From Escherichia phage teqhal, in sequence record MN895435.1: a stretch of DNA of 64,000 nucleotides. One strand, given 5' to 3'. Position numbers and translations under genes: made by a program. The notes beneath the pieces were generated by a model, which had not been told where the DNA came from, searched no databases, and saw only the letters and a list, made by a program, of their open reading frames with translations. Each line of letters starts with the position of its first letter. Position 1 is the stretch's first letter. Of the stretch, positions 39,480 through 48,442 are shown in pieces.

Positions 39480-40418
39480 ATGTACAATATTAAATGCCTG
39501 ACCAAAAACGAACAATCTGAAATTGTTAAATTGTATTCAAGTGGTAATTACACCCAACAGGAATTGGCTGATTGGCAAGGTGTATCGGTTGACACAATCC
39601 GTCGTGTTTTGAAAAATGCTGAAGAAGCTAAACGCTCTAAAGTTACTATTAGCGGTGATATTACAGTTAAAGTTAATAGCGATGCAGTTATTGCTCCAGT
39701 TGCTAAATCTGACATTATTTGGAATGCATCTAAAAAATTCATTTCAATTACTGTTGACGGTGTAACTTATAACGCAACTCCTAATACTCATTCAAACTTC
39801 CAGGAAATTCTTAATCTGCTTGTAGCGGATAAGCTGGAAGAAGCTGCACAAAAAATTAATGTTCGCCGTGCTGTTGAAAAATATATTTCCGGCGATGTTC
39901 GAATTGAAGGTGGAAGCTTGTTCTATCAAAATATCGAATTGCGGTCTGGTTTGGTTGATCGTATTCTTGACTCGATGGAAAAAGGCGAAAACTTTGAATT
40001 TTATTTTCCGTTCTTGGAAAATCTGCTGGAAAACCCAAGCCAAAAAGCGGTATCTCGACTCTTTGATTTCTTGGTAGCAAACGATATTGAAATTACAGAA
40101 GATGGTTACTTCTATGCTTGGAAAGTAGTTCGCAGCAATTACTTTGACTGTCACTCAAACACCTTTGATAACAGTCCGGGTAAAGTAGTTAAAATGCCGC
40201 GTACTCGTGTGAATGACGATGATACACAAACTTGTTCTCGTGGTCTGCATGTGTGTTCTAAATCTTATATTCGTCACTTCGGTGGTTCAACCAGCCGAGT
40301 TGTAAAAGTTAAAGTACATCCACGCGATGTAGTATCAATTCCGATTGATTACAACGATGCTAAAATGCGTACCTGCCAATACGAAGTAGTTGAAGACGTT
40401 ACTGAACAATTTAAATAA
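39480..40418 (+). CDS. rIIB: rIIB protein
   Basis: 312 aa, same length and position as T4 rIIB. Confidence 0.9.
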   Translation: MYNIKCLTKNEQSEIVKLYSSGNYTQQELADWQGVSVDTIRRVLKNAEEAKRSKVTISGDITVKVNSDAVIAPVAKSDIIWNASKKFISITVDGVTYNATPNTHSNFQEILNLLVADKLEEAAQKINVRRAVEKYISGDVRIEGGSLFYQNIELRSGLVDRILDSMEKGENFEFYFPFLENLLENPSQKAVSRLFDFLVANDIEITEDGYFYAWKVVRSNYFDCHSNTFDNSPGKVVKMPRTRVNDDDTQTCSRGLHVCSKSYIRHFGGSTSRVVKVKVHPRDVVSIPIDYNDAKMRTCQYEVVEDVTEQFK

Positions 40419-40436
40419 GGGCTTCGGCCCTTAACT
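40416..40436 (+). terminator. UUCG-loop hairpin TAAGGGCTTCGGCCCTTA
   Basis: palindrome overlapping rIIB stop. Confidence 0.5.
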
Positions 40437-40446
40437 AAGGAAAATT

Positions 40447-40641
40447 ATGTTAGGTTATCAAGCACGAGTAAAAGAAGAATACGATCAATTAATGCTCAAA
40501 ATTAATGCACTGAGTAAATTTTTAGAAAGCACAAAGTTTCTAACGGTTAGTGCAGTTGAGCAAGAACTGCTACTTTCACAGTTCATCTCAATGAAATCTT
40601 ATGCTGAATGTTTAGAGAAAAGAATTGCACAATTCAAATAA
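40447..40641 (+). CDS. hypothetical coiled-coil protein
   Basis: 64 aa ORF bracketed by two near-identical hairpins. Confidence 0.45.
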   Translation: MLGYQARVKEEYDQLMLKINALSKFLESTKFLTVSAVEQELLLSQFISMKSYAECLEKRIAQFK

Positions 40642-40643
40642 AT

Positions 40644-40666
40644 AAGGGCTTCGGCCCTTTTGTTTT
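40644..40666 (+). terminator. UUCG-loop hairpin AAGGGCTTCGGCCCTTTTGTTTT
   Basis: palindrome plus T-rich tail. Confidence 0.6.
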
Positions 40667-40723
40667 AAGGGAAACTATGATTTTGTATGAATATCAGTGA
40701 TTCCGACGTAAAAGGAAAGTTTA

Positions 40724-41281
40724 ATGCAGAAAACGAATCCGGGTTTACAGAGACTATTTCAGATTCCGACATTTACCCTATCGAACAGTGACTTGACTAG
40801 TGAAATGAAGGTCAAAATTGCTGATACAGCAAGATACTCTTTAAAACAAAATCCAAATCAGGATAAGGCAGAAGTTATCGAAAGATGCCGTATCGCTGTG
40901 TACGCAGAGTTTTTTGTGGCAGATTGGCTAAGCGGATATGTCAATAAAGGCCAAGAAGATGTCGATGATCCGTACACATATGCATGGGATGTTTTAGCAC
41001 ATCCAAAATACTGTGGGCTCCGTGTAGAAGTTAAGACACATCAAACTGACTCGCGTTGGATTTCGGTAACAACGGGATGCAGCGGAGAGTATCCATATGG
41101 TTCTGGAATAAATCTAGGGCCCATTCTAAATCATCAAGTCGCGGACTGTATAATTATATTCAACACTAAAGAAATTCATCCAGGTGTCATCCAGTACACT
41201 CCGAAGTTCATTGGTGATAGAGAAGACCTTCGTAAGGTTGTAAGAAAAAGCAACTACAACGGCTGGTATCTTTCCATTTAA
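40724..41281 (+). CDS. denB: endonuclease IV DenB
   Basis: 185 aa, T4 denB length and position next to rIIB. Confidence 0.8.
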   Translation: MQKTNPGLQRLFQIPTFTLSNSDLTSEMKVKIADTARYSLKQNPNQDKAEVIERCRIAVYAEFFVADWLSGYVNKGQEDVDDPYTYAWDVLAHPKYCGLRVEVKTHQTDSRWISVTTGCSGEYPYGSGINLGPILNHQVADCIIIFNTKEIHPGVIQYTPKFIGDREDLRKVVRKSNYNGWYLSI

Positions 41282-41297
41282 AAATTTTCACAAAACG

Positions 41298-41330
41298 GTT
41301 TACATACCACAAGGACCGTGGTATTATACA
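41298..41330 (+). promoter_or_regulatory. T4-type early promoter with conserved leader
   Basis: GTTTACATACCACAAGGACCGTGGTATTATAC then CAACTATCAACTACTGATAC. Confidence 0.55.
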
Positions 41331-41364
41331 ACTATCAACTACTGATACGGATTTGGAGAATAAA

Positions 41365-41628
41365 ATGAAATTTAAATTTTATTACGCTAAACATAAAATA
41401 ACTGATGAGTTTGTGTCAGTTGAATATTCTAGCGATGATGAAGGTATGATTTATACTCGCTTGGGACTATCGCATTGGGAGTCTGATACGCCTTATTTTT
41501 CAACTCCCGAAGAAATTACACGCTTAGTTAATGGTCATATGAATGACCACTGGAATGTAATTCTTTCAGATAGTCTTAAAGCAGCTATTAATAGTAATGA
41601 AATGAAAATCGCTGAGATTGAGCTATGA
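41365..41628 (+). CDS. hypothetical protein
   Basis: 87 aa from ATG 41365 (track ORF begins at upstream TTG). Confidence 0.45.
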   Translation: MKFKFYYAKHKITDEFVSVEYSSDDEGMIYTRLGLSHWESDTPYFSTPEEITRLVNGHMNDHWNVILSDSLKAAINSNEMKIAEIEL

Positions 41629-41814
41629 GTTCACTATGGTGGTGTTTTGTTTGGTTAATTAGTATTCCAGTAATTTGTTTAACATTTACTTTTGTAATGA
41701 GGTTATTATGAAAATTTTGAATTCTGTACTTATTGCTTGTGCGTGGTGGGTTGCACAGGTTTCAGCGGTAGTAGTTGGTATTCACATTTATTACGAATAT
41801 TTTTAAAAAAGTTG

Positions 41815-41846
41815 TTTACAGGACTGTTCTTCCGTGGTACTATTAC
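41815..41846 (+). promoter_or_regulatory. T4-type early promoter
   Basis: GTTTACAGGACTGTTCTTCCGTGGTACTATTA. Confidence 0.5.
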
Positions 41847-41871
41847 CCTATCAACTACGGAGGAACAGAAA

Positions 41872-41985
41872 ATGAAAAAGATTGTTAAAGCTATATGGAA
41901 TGTAGTTATAATACTAATAGTTTTGAGTATATTCCCAATCGTTTTAATGATTGATATGTTAAACGCTTATTTTGGATTTATGTGA
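41872..41985 (+). CDS. small membrane peptide (37 aa)
   Basis: MKKIVKAIWNVVIILIVLSIF after GGAGG RBS; within track ORF 41737..41985. Confidence 0.3.
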   Translation: MKKIVKAIWNVVIILIVLSIFPIVLMIDMLNAYFGFM

Positions 41986-41992
41986 GGAAAAT

Positions 41993-42190
41993 ATGAAGCG
42001 TAAACGCAGTGCTTTTACATTTATTGAATGGTTTTTCGATAATATTTTTCCGGCTTTATTCATTTTCATGCTTATTTTTGCCTTGGGTTCAGTTGTAGTT
42101 GGAATCTATTTGATGACAGTAGTCGGAATTGATATTCATCAAAATGGTTTAAAATCTGTGGTTGAAACAATTTGGAATGGTGTAAAATAA
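41993..42190 (+). CDS. small membrane protein (65 aa)
   Basis: ATG after GAGGAAAAT RBS; hydrophobic segment FPALFIFMLIFALGSVVVGIYL. Confidence 0.4.
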   Translation: MKRKRSAFTFIEWFFDNIFPALFIFMLIFALGSVVVGIYLMTVVGIDIHQNGLKSVVETIWNGVK

Positions 42191-42305
42191 TGAATTTACT
42201 AAACATTTGGTTTTATATTCTTATGTTTTACATTGGTGCAAATTTTCCATATTGGATGGGATGGTCAACAACTGCATTCGGATTTTATACTCCTTGAGGT
42301 GAATT

Positions 42306-42521
42306 ATGAAAATTTTTAAAGATGTAAAAGTTGGTGAAATTTTTTGTTTAGATAATGGTGATCAGTTAATTCGCATTTCACCTCTTAAGAGCACTAGCGA
42401 AAAAATGACAGTTAATGCTACTTTAGCAAACAATAGTAATGAACGTTTCTGTATTGAAAATGATACTGAAACTTATACCGTAGAAGAGTTTTGGGAATTG
42501 AGCGTCGACTGCGACGATTAA
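42306..42521 (+). CDS. hypothetical protein
   Basis: 71 aa ORF. Confidence 0.45.
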   Translation: MKIFKDVKVGEIFCLDNGDQLIRISPLKSTSEKMTVNATLANNSNERFCIENDTETYTVEEFWELSVDCDD

Positions 42522-42581
42522 TTTAATGGCCGCGTGTATTCATGCGGCCTTGGAGTAGAAAATAATTTAGAGGAAATTAAT

Positions 42582-43040
42582 ATGAAATATATGACTGTTA
42601 CTGATCTAAATGATGCAGGCGCTACTGTTATTGGTACAATCAAGGGTGGTGAATGGTTTTTAGGAACTCCGCATAAAGATATTTTATCTAAACCTGGATT
42701 TTACTTTTTAGTAAGTAAATTAGATGGTCGTCCATTTAGTAATCCATGTGTGTCTGCACGATTTTATGTAGGTAATCAGCGTTCTAAGCAAGGATTCAGT
42801 GCAGTTCTAAGTCATATTCGTCAACGTCGGTCTCAGCTTGCACGTACTATTGCAAATAACAATATGGTATACACAGTATTTTATCTGCCTGCTTCTAAGA
42901 TGAAACCTCTGACGACAGGATTTGGTAAAGGTCAGTTAGCTTTGGCGTTTACCCGTAATCATCATTCCGAGTATCAAACACTTGAAGAAATGAACCGTAT
43001 GTTGGCTGATAACTTTAAATTCGTTTTGCAGGCATATTAA
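42582..43040 (+). CDS. ndd: nucleoid disruption protein Ndd
   Basis: 152 aa from ATG 42582 with GAGG RBS (track ORF 42534..43040); [28 protein letters not shown] matches remembered T4 Ndd. Confidence 0.85.
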
Positions 43041-43120
43041 TGAGTAATTTCCACAACGAACACGTGATGCAGTTCTATCGTAATAATCTTAAAACTAAAG
43101 GCGTCTTCGGACGCCAGTGA
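43040..43120 (+). CDS. stp: Stp peptide (26 aa), modulator of host restriction/anticodon-nuclease system
   Basis: [26 protein letters not shown] matches remembered T4 Stp; ATG overlaps ndd stop; absent from ORF track. Confidence 0.7.
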
Positions 43121-43127
43121 GGAAAAT

Positions 43128-43286
43128 ATGAATATTGCAAAATTATTAGGAGTTATTTCATTTATTTGTTGGATAGTAGCATGTGTTTTAACTATCTGTA
43201 TCGATGCTAGCAGTGTGTTTTCGCAAGCTTTAGCTCAGGGTATGTGTGCATATTTAACATTTGTGTTGTTATCTACTAATGATTAA
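43128..43286 (+). CDS. ac: small membrane protein, Ac-like (acridine sensitivity)
   Basis: 52 aa hydrophobic peptide MNIAKLLGVISFICWIVACVLTICID at the T4 ac position; absent from ORF track. Confidence 0.5.
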   Translation: MNIAKLLGVISFICWIVACVLTICIDASSVFSQALAQGMCAYLTFVLLSTND

Positions 43287-43423
43287 GAAAATCTTGGGCT
43301 ATTCATTAGCCCTTGCTACTTTATTAGTAGCACTATATTATGGAGTAATGTTCGGATTGATTCAAGTCGTGCTTTTCATTTCTGATGTTATTATGGCACT
43401 ACATTCACTAGTATGGTAAATTT

Positions 43424-44752
43424 ATGCAACTGAATAATCGCGATTTAAAAAGTATCATTGATAATGAAGCATTGGCTTATGCTATGTACACGGTTGAAAA
43501 TCGTGCTATTCCAAATATGATTGATGGATTTAAGCCAGTTCAACGATTTGTTATTGCTCGAGCTCTTGATTTGGCACGAGGAAATAAAGATAAGTTTCAC
43601 AAACTTGCTTCTATTGCAGGTGGTGTAGCGGACCTTGGATATCACCATGGTGAAAACTCTGCACAAGATGCAGGGGCTTTGATGGCTAATACTTGGAATA
43701 ATAACTTTCCTTTGTTAGATGGTCAAGGAAACTTCGGTTCTCGTACTGTCCAAAAGGCAGCAGCTAGTCGTTATATTTTTGCTCGTGTAAGTAAAAATTT
43801 CTATAACGTATATAAAGATACTGAATATGCTCCAGTACATCAAGATAAAGAACACATTCCGCCTGCTTTCTATTTGCCTATTATTCCTACTGTTCTTCTT
43901 AATGGTGTTTCCGGTATTGCAACTGGTTATGCAACTTACATTCTTCCTCATAGTGTTTCTTCTGTCAAGAAAGCTGTACTGCAAGCTCTTCAAGGAAAGA
44001 AAGTAACTAAACCGAAGGTAGAATTCCCAGAATTTCGTGGTGAAGTCGTTGAGATTGATGGGCAATATGAAATTCGTGGAACATACAAGTTTACTTCACG
44101 AACTCAAATGCATATCACTGAGATTCCGTATAAGTATGATCGTGAAACTTATGTGAGTAAAATCTTAGACCCACTTGAAGATAAAGGCTTCATTACGTGG
44201 GATGATGCTTGTGGTGAGCATGGCTTTGGCTTTAAAGTTAAATTCCGTAAAGAATATTCTTTGAGCGATAATGAAGAAGAACGCCATGCAAAAATTATGA
44301 AAGACTTCGGGTTGATTGAGCGTCGTTCCCAAAATATTACCGTTATTAATGAGAAAGGAAAGCTACAAGTTTACGATAACGTAGTTGATTTAATCAAAGA
44401 CTTCGTTGAAGTTCGTAAAACTTATGTCCAAAAACGAATTGATAACAAAATCAAAGAAACTGAATCAGCATTTCGTTTAGCCTTTGCCAAGGCGCATTTC
44501 ATTAAGAAAGTAATTTCAGGTGAAATTGTTGTACAGGGTAAAACTCGTAAAGAACTGACCGAAGAACTTTCTAAAATTGAGATGTATTCTTCTTATGTTG
44601 ATAAACTAGTTGGAATGAATATTTTTCATATGACTTCTGATGAAGCAAAGAAACTTGCTGAAGAAGCTAAAGCTAAAAAAGAAGAAAACGAATATTGGAA
44701 AACTACTGATGTAGTTACAGAATACACTAAAGATTTAGAGGAAATCAAATGA
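43424..44752 (+). CDS. 52: topoisomerase II medium subunit gp52 (GyrA-like)
   Basis: 442 aa, same length as T4 gp52. Confidence 0.9.
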   Translation: MQLNNRDLKSIIDNEALAYAMYTVENRAIPNMIDGFKPVQRFVIARALDLARGNKDKFHKLASIAGGVADLGYHHGENSAQDAGALMANTWNNNFPLLDGQGNFGSRTVQKAAASRYIFARVSKNFYNVYKDTEYAPVHQDKEHIPPAFYLPIIPTVLLNGVSGIATGYATYILPHSVSSVKKAVLQALQGKKVTKPKVEFPEFRGEVVEIDGQYEIRGTYKFTSRTQMHITEIPYKYDRETYVSKILDPLEDKGFITWDDACGEHGFGFKVKFRKEYSLSDNEEERHAKIMKDFGLIERRSQNITVINEKGKLQVYDNVVDLIKDFVEVRKTYVQKRIDNKIKETESAFRLAFAKAHFIKKVISGEIVVQGKTRKELTEELSKIEMYSSYVDKLVGMNIFHMTSDEAKKLAEEAKAKKEENEYWKTTDVVTEYTKDLEEIK

Positions 44753-44898
44753 GTCCATTCATTGGTATTACAAGCGCTGCATTAGTATCTGGCGGCATTT
44801 TACTAGCGGGGGTAGGTGTTGTTCCAGCCGTAGCAGGAGGTCTTCTTGCGTTCGGCATTCAACGTGTTATCATGACAGTTATCACAGTCATGCAGTAA
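44749..44898 (+). CDS. small Gly/Ala/Val-rich membrane peptide (49 aa)
   Basis: ATGA overlap with gene 52 stop; absent from ORF track. Confidence 0.4.
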   Translation: MSPFIGITSAALVSGGILLAGVGVVPAVAGGLLAFGIQRVIMTVITVMQ

Positions 44899-44902
44899 TT
44901 TT

Positions 44903-44929
44903 AGGGAGAGCCGAGGCTCTCCCTTTTTT
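44903..44929 (+). terminator. hairpin AGGGAGAGCCGAGGCTCTCCCTTTTTT
   Basis: perfect palindrome plus T-run. Confidence 0.65.
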
Positions 44930-44954
44930 ATTTCAAAAATTTTTTCATAAAACG

Positions 44955-44986
44955 GTTTACAACCAAAGCATACTGTGGTACTATAC
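44955..44986 (+). promoter_or_regulatory. T4-type early promoter with UP region and conserved leader
   Basis: GTTTACAACCAAAGCATACTGTGGTACTATAC upstream of motA. Confidence 0.55.
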
Positions 44987-45025
44987 AACTATCAACTACT
45001 GATACAGAATTACGGAGATTAGAAA

Positions 45026-45661
45026 ATGTCTAAAGTAACTTACATCATCAAAGCTTCTAACGATGTTCTGAATGAAAAAACTGCTGCGATTTTAATTACT
45101 ATTGCTAAGAAAGATTTCATTACAGCTGCAGAAGTTCGTGAGGTGCATCCAGATTTAGGTAACGCAGTAGTTAATAGTAATATTGGGGTATTGATTAAAA
45201 AAGGCCTGGTGGAGAAATCTGGTGATGGATTAATCATTACTGGTGAAGCTCAGGATATTATTTCAAATGCAGCAACTTTATATGCACAGGAAAATGCTCC
45301 GGAACTACTGAAAAAACGAGCAACTCGTAAAGCTCGCGAGATTACTTCCGATATGGAAGAAGATAAAGACCTCATGTTAAAACTTTTAGATGAAAATGGA
45401 TTTGTTCTTAAAAAGGTTGAAACTTATCGTAGTAATTATCTTGCCATTTTAGAAAAACGCACTCACGGAATTCGTAATTTTGAAATTAACAACAATGGAA
45501 ACATGCGAATTTTTGGATACAAAATGATGGAACATCATATTCAGAAATTTACTGACATCGGAATGTCATGTAAAATCGCTAAAAACGGTAATGTGTATCT
45601 TGACATTAAACGCTCGGTAGAAAACATTGAAGCAGTAATCACTGTAGCATCTGAACTGTGA
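45026..45661 (+). CDS. motA: middle-transcription activator MotA
   Basis: 211 aa, same length as T4 MotA, preceded by an early promoter. Confidence 0.9.
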   Translation: MSKVTYIIKASNDVLNEKTAAILITIAKKDFITAAEVREVHPDLGNAVVNSNIGVLIKKGLVEKSGDGLIITGEAQDIISNAATLYAQENAPELLKKRATRKAREITSDMEEDKDLMLKLLDENGFVLKKVETYRSNYLAILEKRTHGIRNFEINNNGNMRIFGYKMMEHHIQKFTDIGMSCKIAKNGNVYLDIKRSVENIEAVITVASEL

Positions 45662-45671
45662 GGAATAAATA

Positions 45672-46001
45672 ATGAACAAGTTAGAAATTGTTAATGAACT
45701 TCGTCGTTGTGCAGAACCTACCCAAGAGGGTTGGGACATCTGGTATCATGGAGCTTATCTTGGAACTATCGTAAAGATTAAGACTGGTAAATACATGATT
45801 ATTCGTGAAAGTAAAGATGCTCCAGTAGGTATTCGTAATAATTTTATGGCAGCGATAAGTTCATTTACGGATGCAGCTTACGAAATTTACCTTGCTGATT
45901 ATAAAGAATTCCAGGAATCTCAACCAGTTATTCGTTCAATTGGTGTTAACAAAGCTCAACAGAAAACTTTGTGGCAACGTATTAAAGGATGGTTTAAATG
46001 A
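45672..46001 (+). CDS. hypothetical protein
   Basis: 109 aa ORF. Confidence 0.45.
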   Translation: MNKLEIVNELRRCAEPTQEGWDIWYHGAYLGTIVKIKTGKYMIIRESKDAPVGIRNNFMAAISSFTDAAYEIYLADYKEFQESQPVIRSIGVNKAQQKTLWQRIKGWFK

Positions 46002-46459
46002 ACCCGTTTGTTAATCGTTTAAAAATGCTGAATGTTCCTTTATCTCGCGAGACTCCAGAAAGTCTTGTTCAAAAATTTAAAGCACACGGTTATAAATGCA
46101 CAGAAGAAGATATTCTGAAAGAAGTTCCTGAAATCTGTTGGCAGACTGCATATTGGGATGAAAACCAAAAGTATCAACGACGAATTGTATGTGCTGCTAA
46201 TCGGTTTAAATTAAAAGATGGACGAACTCTTATTATTCCAGGTGCTCGTCATTATTCTAAAGATATGGCAGAAGTTTTAGATGTAGTTAAACCCCAATTA
46301 GTTACTCAACAAGTTTGTGATGATGACCAAGGGTTTATTGACCAATATAGTAATTATTGGACACGTGAAGAAGCAATGATTATTGCAACTTACGCTGGAC
46401 AAGTACGTATTGAACGTGGTGGTAGTGAAAAAGAACTTTACTCTGAGGACCTTTACTAA
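45998..46459 (+). CDS. hypothetical protein
   Basis: 153 aa ORF with ATGA overlap. Confidence 0.45.
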   Translation: MNPFVNRLKMLNVPLSRETPESLVQKFKAHGYKCTEEDILKEVPEICWQTAYWDENQKYQRRIVCAANRFKLKDGRTLIIPGARHYSKDMAEVLDVVKPQLVTQQVCDDDQGFIDQYSNYWTREEAMIIATYAGQVRIERGGSEKELYSEDLY

Positions 46460-46755
46460 TGAATATTAAAAAGTTTCAAATTGATGGAATTATGAATCAA
46501 ATCCAGGCACTAGAATATGCCAATAAAATGATGTCAACTAATTGGGGAATTTATACCAATGAGCCGGGATTTAAGTTCTGTGATATGGAATTCACCAAAA
46601 AGCTCGTAGGAAAAGATTATGTATGTCCATTTAGTTCTATAATAAATGACATGCTAAAACCTGCTTTACGCGATCTTTATATTGCGATGAACGAAGAAAT
46701 GATAAAAGAATTAAAACGTCAACTGAAGGTGATTCAATTTGGCCAGGGAAATTAA
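46459..46755 (+). CDS. hypothetical protein
   Basis: 98 aa ORF. Confidence 0.45.
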   Translation: MNIKKFQIDGIMNQIQALEYANKMMSTNWGIYTNEPGFKFCDMEFTKKLVGKDYVCPFSSIINDMLKPALRDLYIAMNEEMIKELKRQLKVIQFGQGN

Positions 46756-46957
46756 TTCAAAATCTGATTATTTTAATTCTCTCAATGATAAAGATAAAAA
46801 TCTAATACGGCATTTTATTGTTGAGATGGGATATACGGATACACACGATTTAAGAGAACATATATTTGAATGTGGTGTAGCTAAAAAGTTTTCATTCACA
46901 TGCAAATGTTTGAGAGAGGTAATTCAGCACTATGAACAATTTAGTCGCAAAACATAA
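46739..46957 (+). CDS. hypothetical protein
   Basis: 72 aa ORF. Confidence 0.4.
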   Translation: MAREINSKSDYFNSLNDKDKNLIRHFIVEMGYTDTHDLREHIFECGVAKKFSFTCKCLREVIQHYEQFSRKT

Positions 46958-47040
46958 TTTTAATAAAGCTTCTGTTCATAAGGATAAGAAGAAAGCGTTT
47001 AAAGAATCTAATCGCAAACAGAAACATAAGGGGAAGGTCT

Positions 47041-47319
47041 ATGATTATTGATTCTCAATCCGTGGTTCAATACACAATCAAAATTGATATTCTAGAAAAG
47101 CTATATAAGTTTCTACCAAACCTATACCATTCAATTGTTAATGAATTAGTTGAAGAACTACATCTTGAGAATAATGATTTCTTGATTGGAACTTATAAAG
47201 ACCTCTCAAAAGCAGGATATTTCTACGTAATTCCAGCTCCAGGAAAAAGTATTGATGATGTATTAAAAACTATAATGATTTACGTCCATGATTATGAAAT
47301 TGAAGATTATTTCGAATGA
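47041..47319 (+). CDS. arn: Arn-like anti-restriction protein (McrBC inhibitor)
   Basis: 92 aa acidic protein in the T4 arn position beside asiA, T4 Arn length. Confidence 0.6.
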   Translation: MIIDSQSVVQYTIKIDILEKLYKFLPNLYHSIVNELVEELHLENNDFLIGTYKDLSKAGYFYVIPAPGKSIDDVLKTIMIYVHDYEIEDYFE

Positions 47320-47468
47320 GTCATAATCTTGAAAAAGTAATCGAGCATAATGTAGCTCAGGAACGTAAGTCGTTCAAGGAATTCGTAGAAAAAATTTTTG
47401 AAGAAAATAACACAGACCAGTTTACAAATCAAGCGTCTGATGATATTATAACAAAGTCAACTAATTGA
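47316..47468 (+). CDS. hypothetical protein (50 aa)
   Basis: ATGA overlap with arn; contains the asiA promoter; absent from ORF track. Confidence 0.25.
   Translation: MSHNLEKVIEHNVAQERKSFKEFVEKIFEENNTDQFTNQASDDIITKSTN
47420..47451 (+). promoter_or_regulatory. T4-type early promoter for asiA
   Basis: GTTTACAAATCAAGCGTCTGATGATATTATAA. Confidence 0.5.
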
Positions 47469-47480
47469 GTGGTATAGTTA

Positions 47481-47753
47481 ATGAATAAAAACATTGATAC
47501 AGTTCGTGAAATTATTACTGTTGCGTCTATTTTGATTAAATTTTCCAGAGAAGATATTGTTGAGAATCGTGCTAATTTTATTGCATTTCTGAATGAGATT
47601 GGAGTAACGCATGAAGGTAGAAAATTAAATCAGAATTCATTCCGTAAAATTGTTTCTGAATTAACTCAAGAAGATAAGAAAACCCTCATCGACGAATTCA
47701 ACGAGGGTTTTGAGGGTGTATATCGATATCTAGAGATGTATACGAACAAATAA
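47481..47753 (+). CDS. asiA: anti-sigma-70 factor AsiA
   Basis: 90 aa, MNKNIDTVREIITVASILIKFSREDIVENRANFIAFLNEIG matches remembered T4 AsiA. Confidence 0.9.
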   Translation: MNKNIDTVREIITVASILIKFSREDIVENRANFIAFLNEIGVTHEGRKLNQNSFRKIVSELTQEDKKTLIDEFNEGFEGVYRYLEMYTNK

Positions 47754-48410
47754 TTATTTAGCCCTTCCTAATATTCTGGCCGCCTGAGCGCATATTGATT
47801 CAAGGCGGTCATTACTTATATGATCATTTCTATACCAGTACATGGTTATCGTTCCAGCATAGATATTATCCAAATTAAAATATGGACAACTGTACATGTA
47901 GTTTATTTCGGGAGTAGGCTTTTTAGTTGGTAAAAAAGCAAATTTTGAGTCAGAATAATAATGACGTCCATTTAAATGAACTATATATTCATCCATAGTT
48001 TTATCAACAGGATATCCTCCAAGTGATTTTTCAGTTATTGTTGAAGGTAATCTTCCTTCGTATGCTATAATATCAACAAAATAGTTTAAGTTTTTAGGGC
48101 GGAAAGAATACACCGCACTAAAGTCTGCCTCAGATGATATATGAACTATCTGGAGTTGTTCCAGGGCGACAGATTCAAAGCGTGCATTTCTTTCCTTTTC
48201 AATAATTTCACTGTATGTTTCATACTTTGATTGCTTATAGTACTCAAAGAAACTATCTCCCCTATACCAAACAATCGCCATCATAAATAAAAGAATTACG
48301 ACAGCTACCCGGGAAGCAAGAACCTTCCCAGTAGCGTTATCTTTGAACAAGCGATCTAGAACACCAAATAGAATATCAGAGGGCGAAAATGATATTCTAG
48401 GTGCTGCCAT
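47754..48410 (-). CDS. t: holin T
   Basis: 218 aa, one N-terminal TM segment and large periplasmic domain, T4 holin length. Confidence 0.9.
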   Translation of the reverse strand: MAAPRISFSPSDILFGVLDRLFKDNATGKVLASRVAVVILLFMMAIVWYRGDSFFEYYKQSKYETYSEIIEKERNARFESVALEQLQIVHISSEADFSAVYSFRPKNLNYFVDIIAYEGRLPSTITEKSLGGYPVDKTMDEYIVHLNGRHYYSDSKFAFLPTKKPTPEINYMYSCPYFNLDNIYAGTITMYWYRNDHISNDRLESICAQAARILGRAK

Positions 48411-48442
48411 AGACCCTCCTTTTAAGGATATTTATTCAAAAA

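Noticed and set aside
43100-43115. GCGTCTTCGGACGC hairpin that looks like a UUCG-loop terminator
   Set aside because: It lies inside the stp coding sequence (codons for KGVFGR), so I did not call it a terminator; it may still form a local RNA structure.
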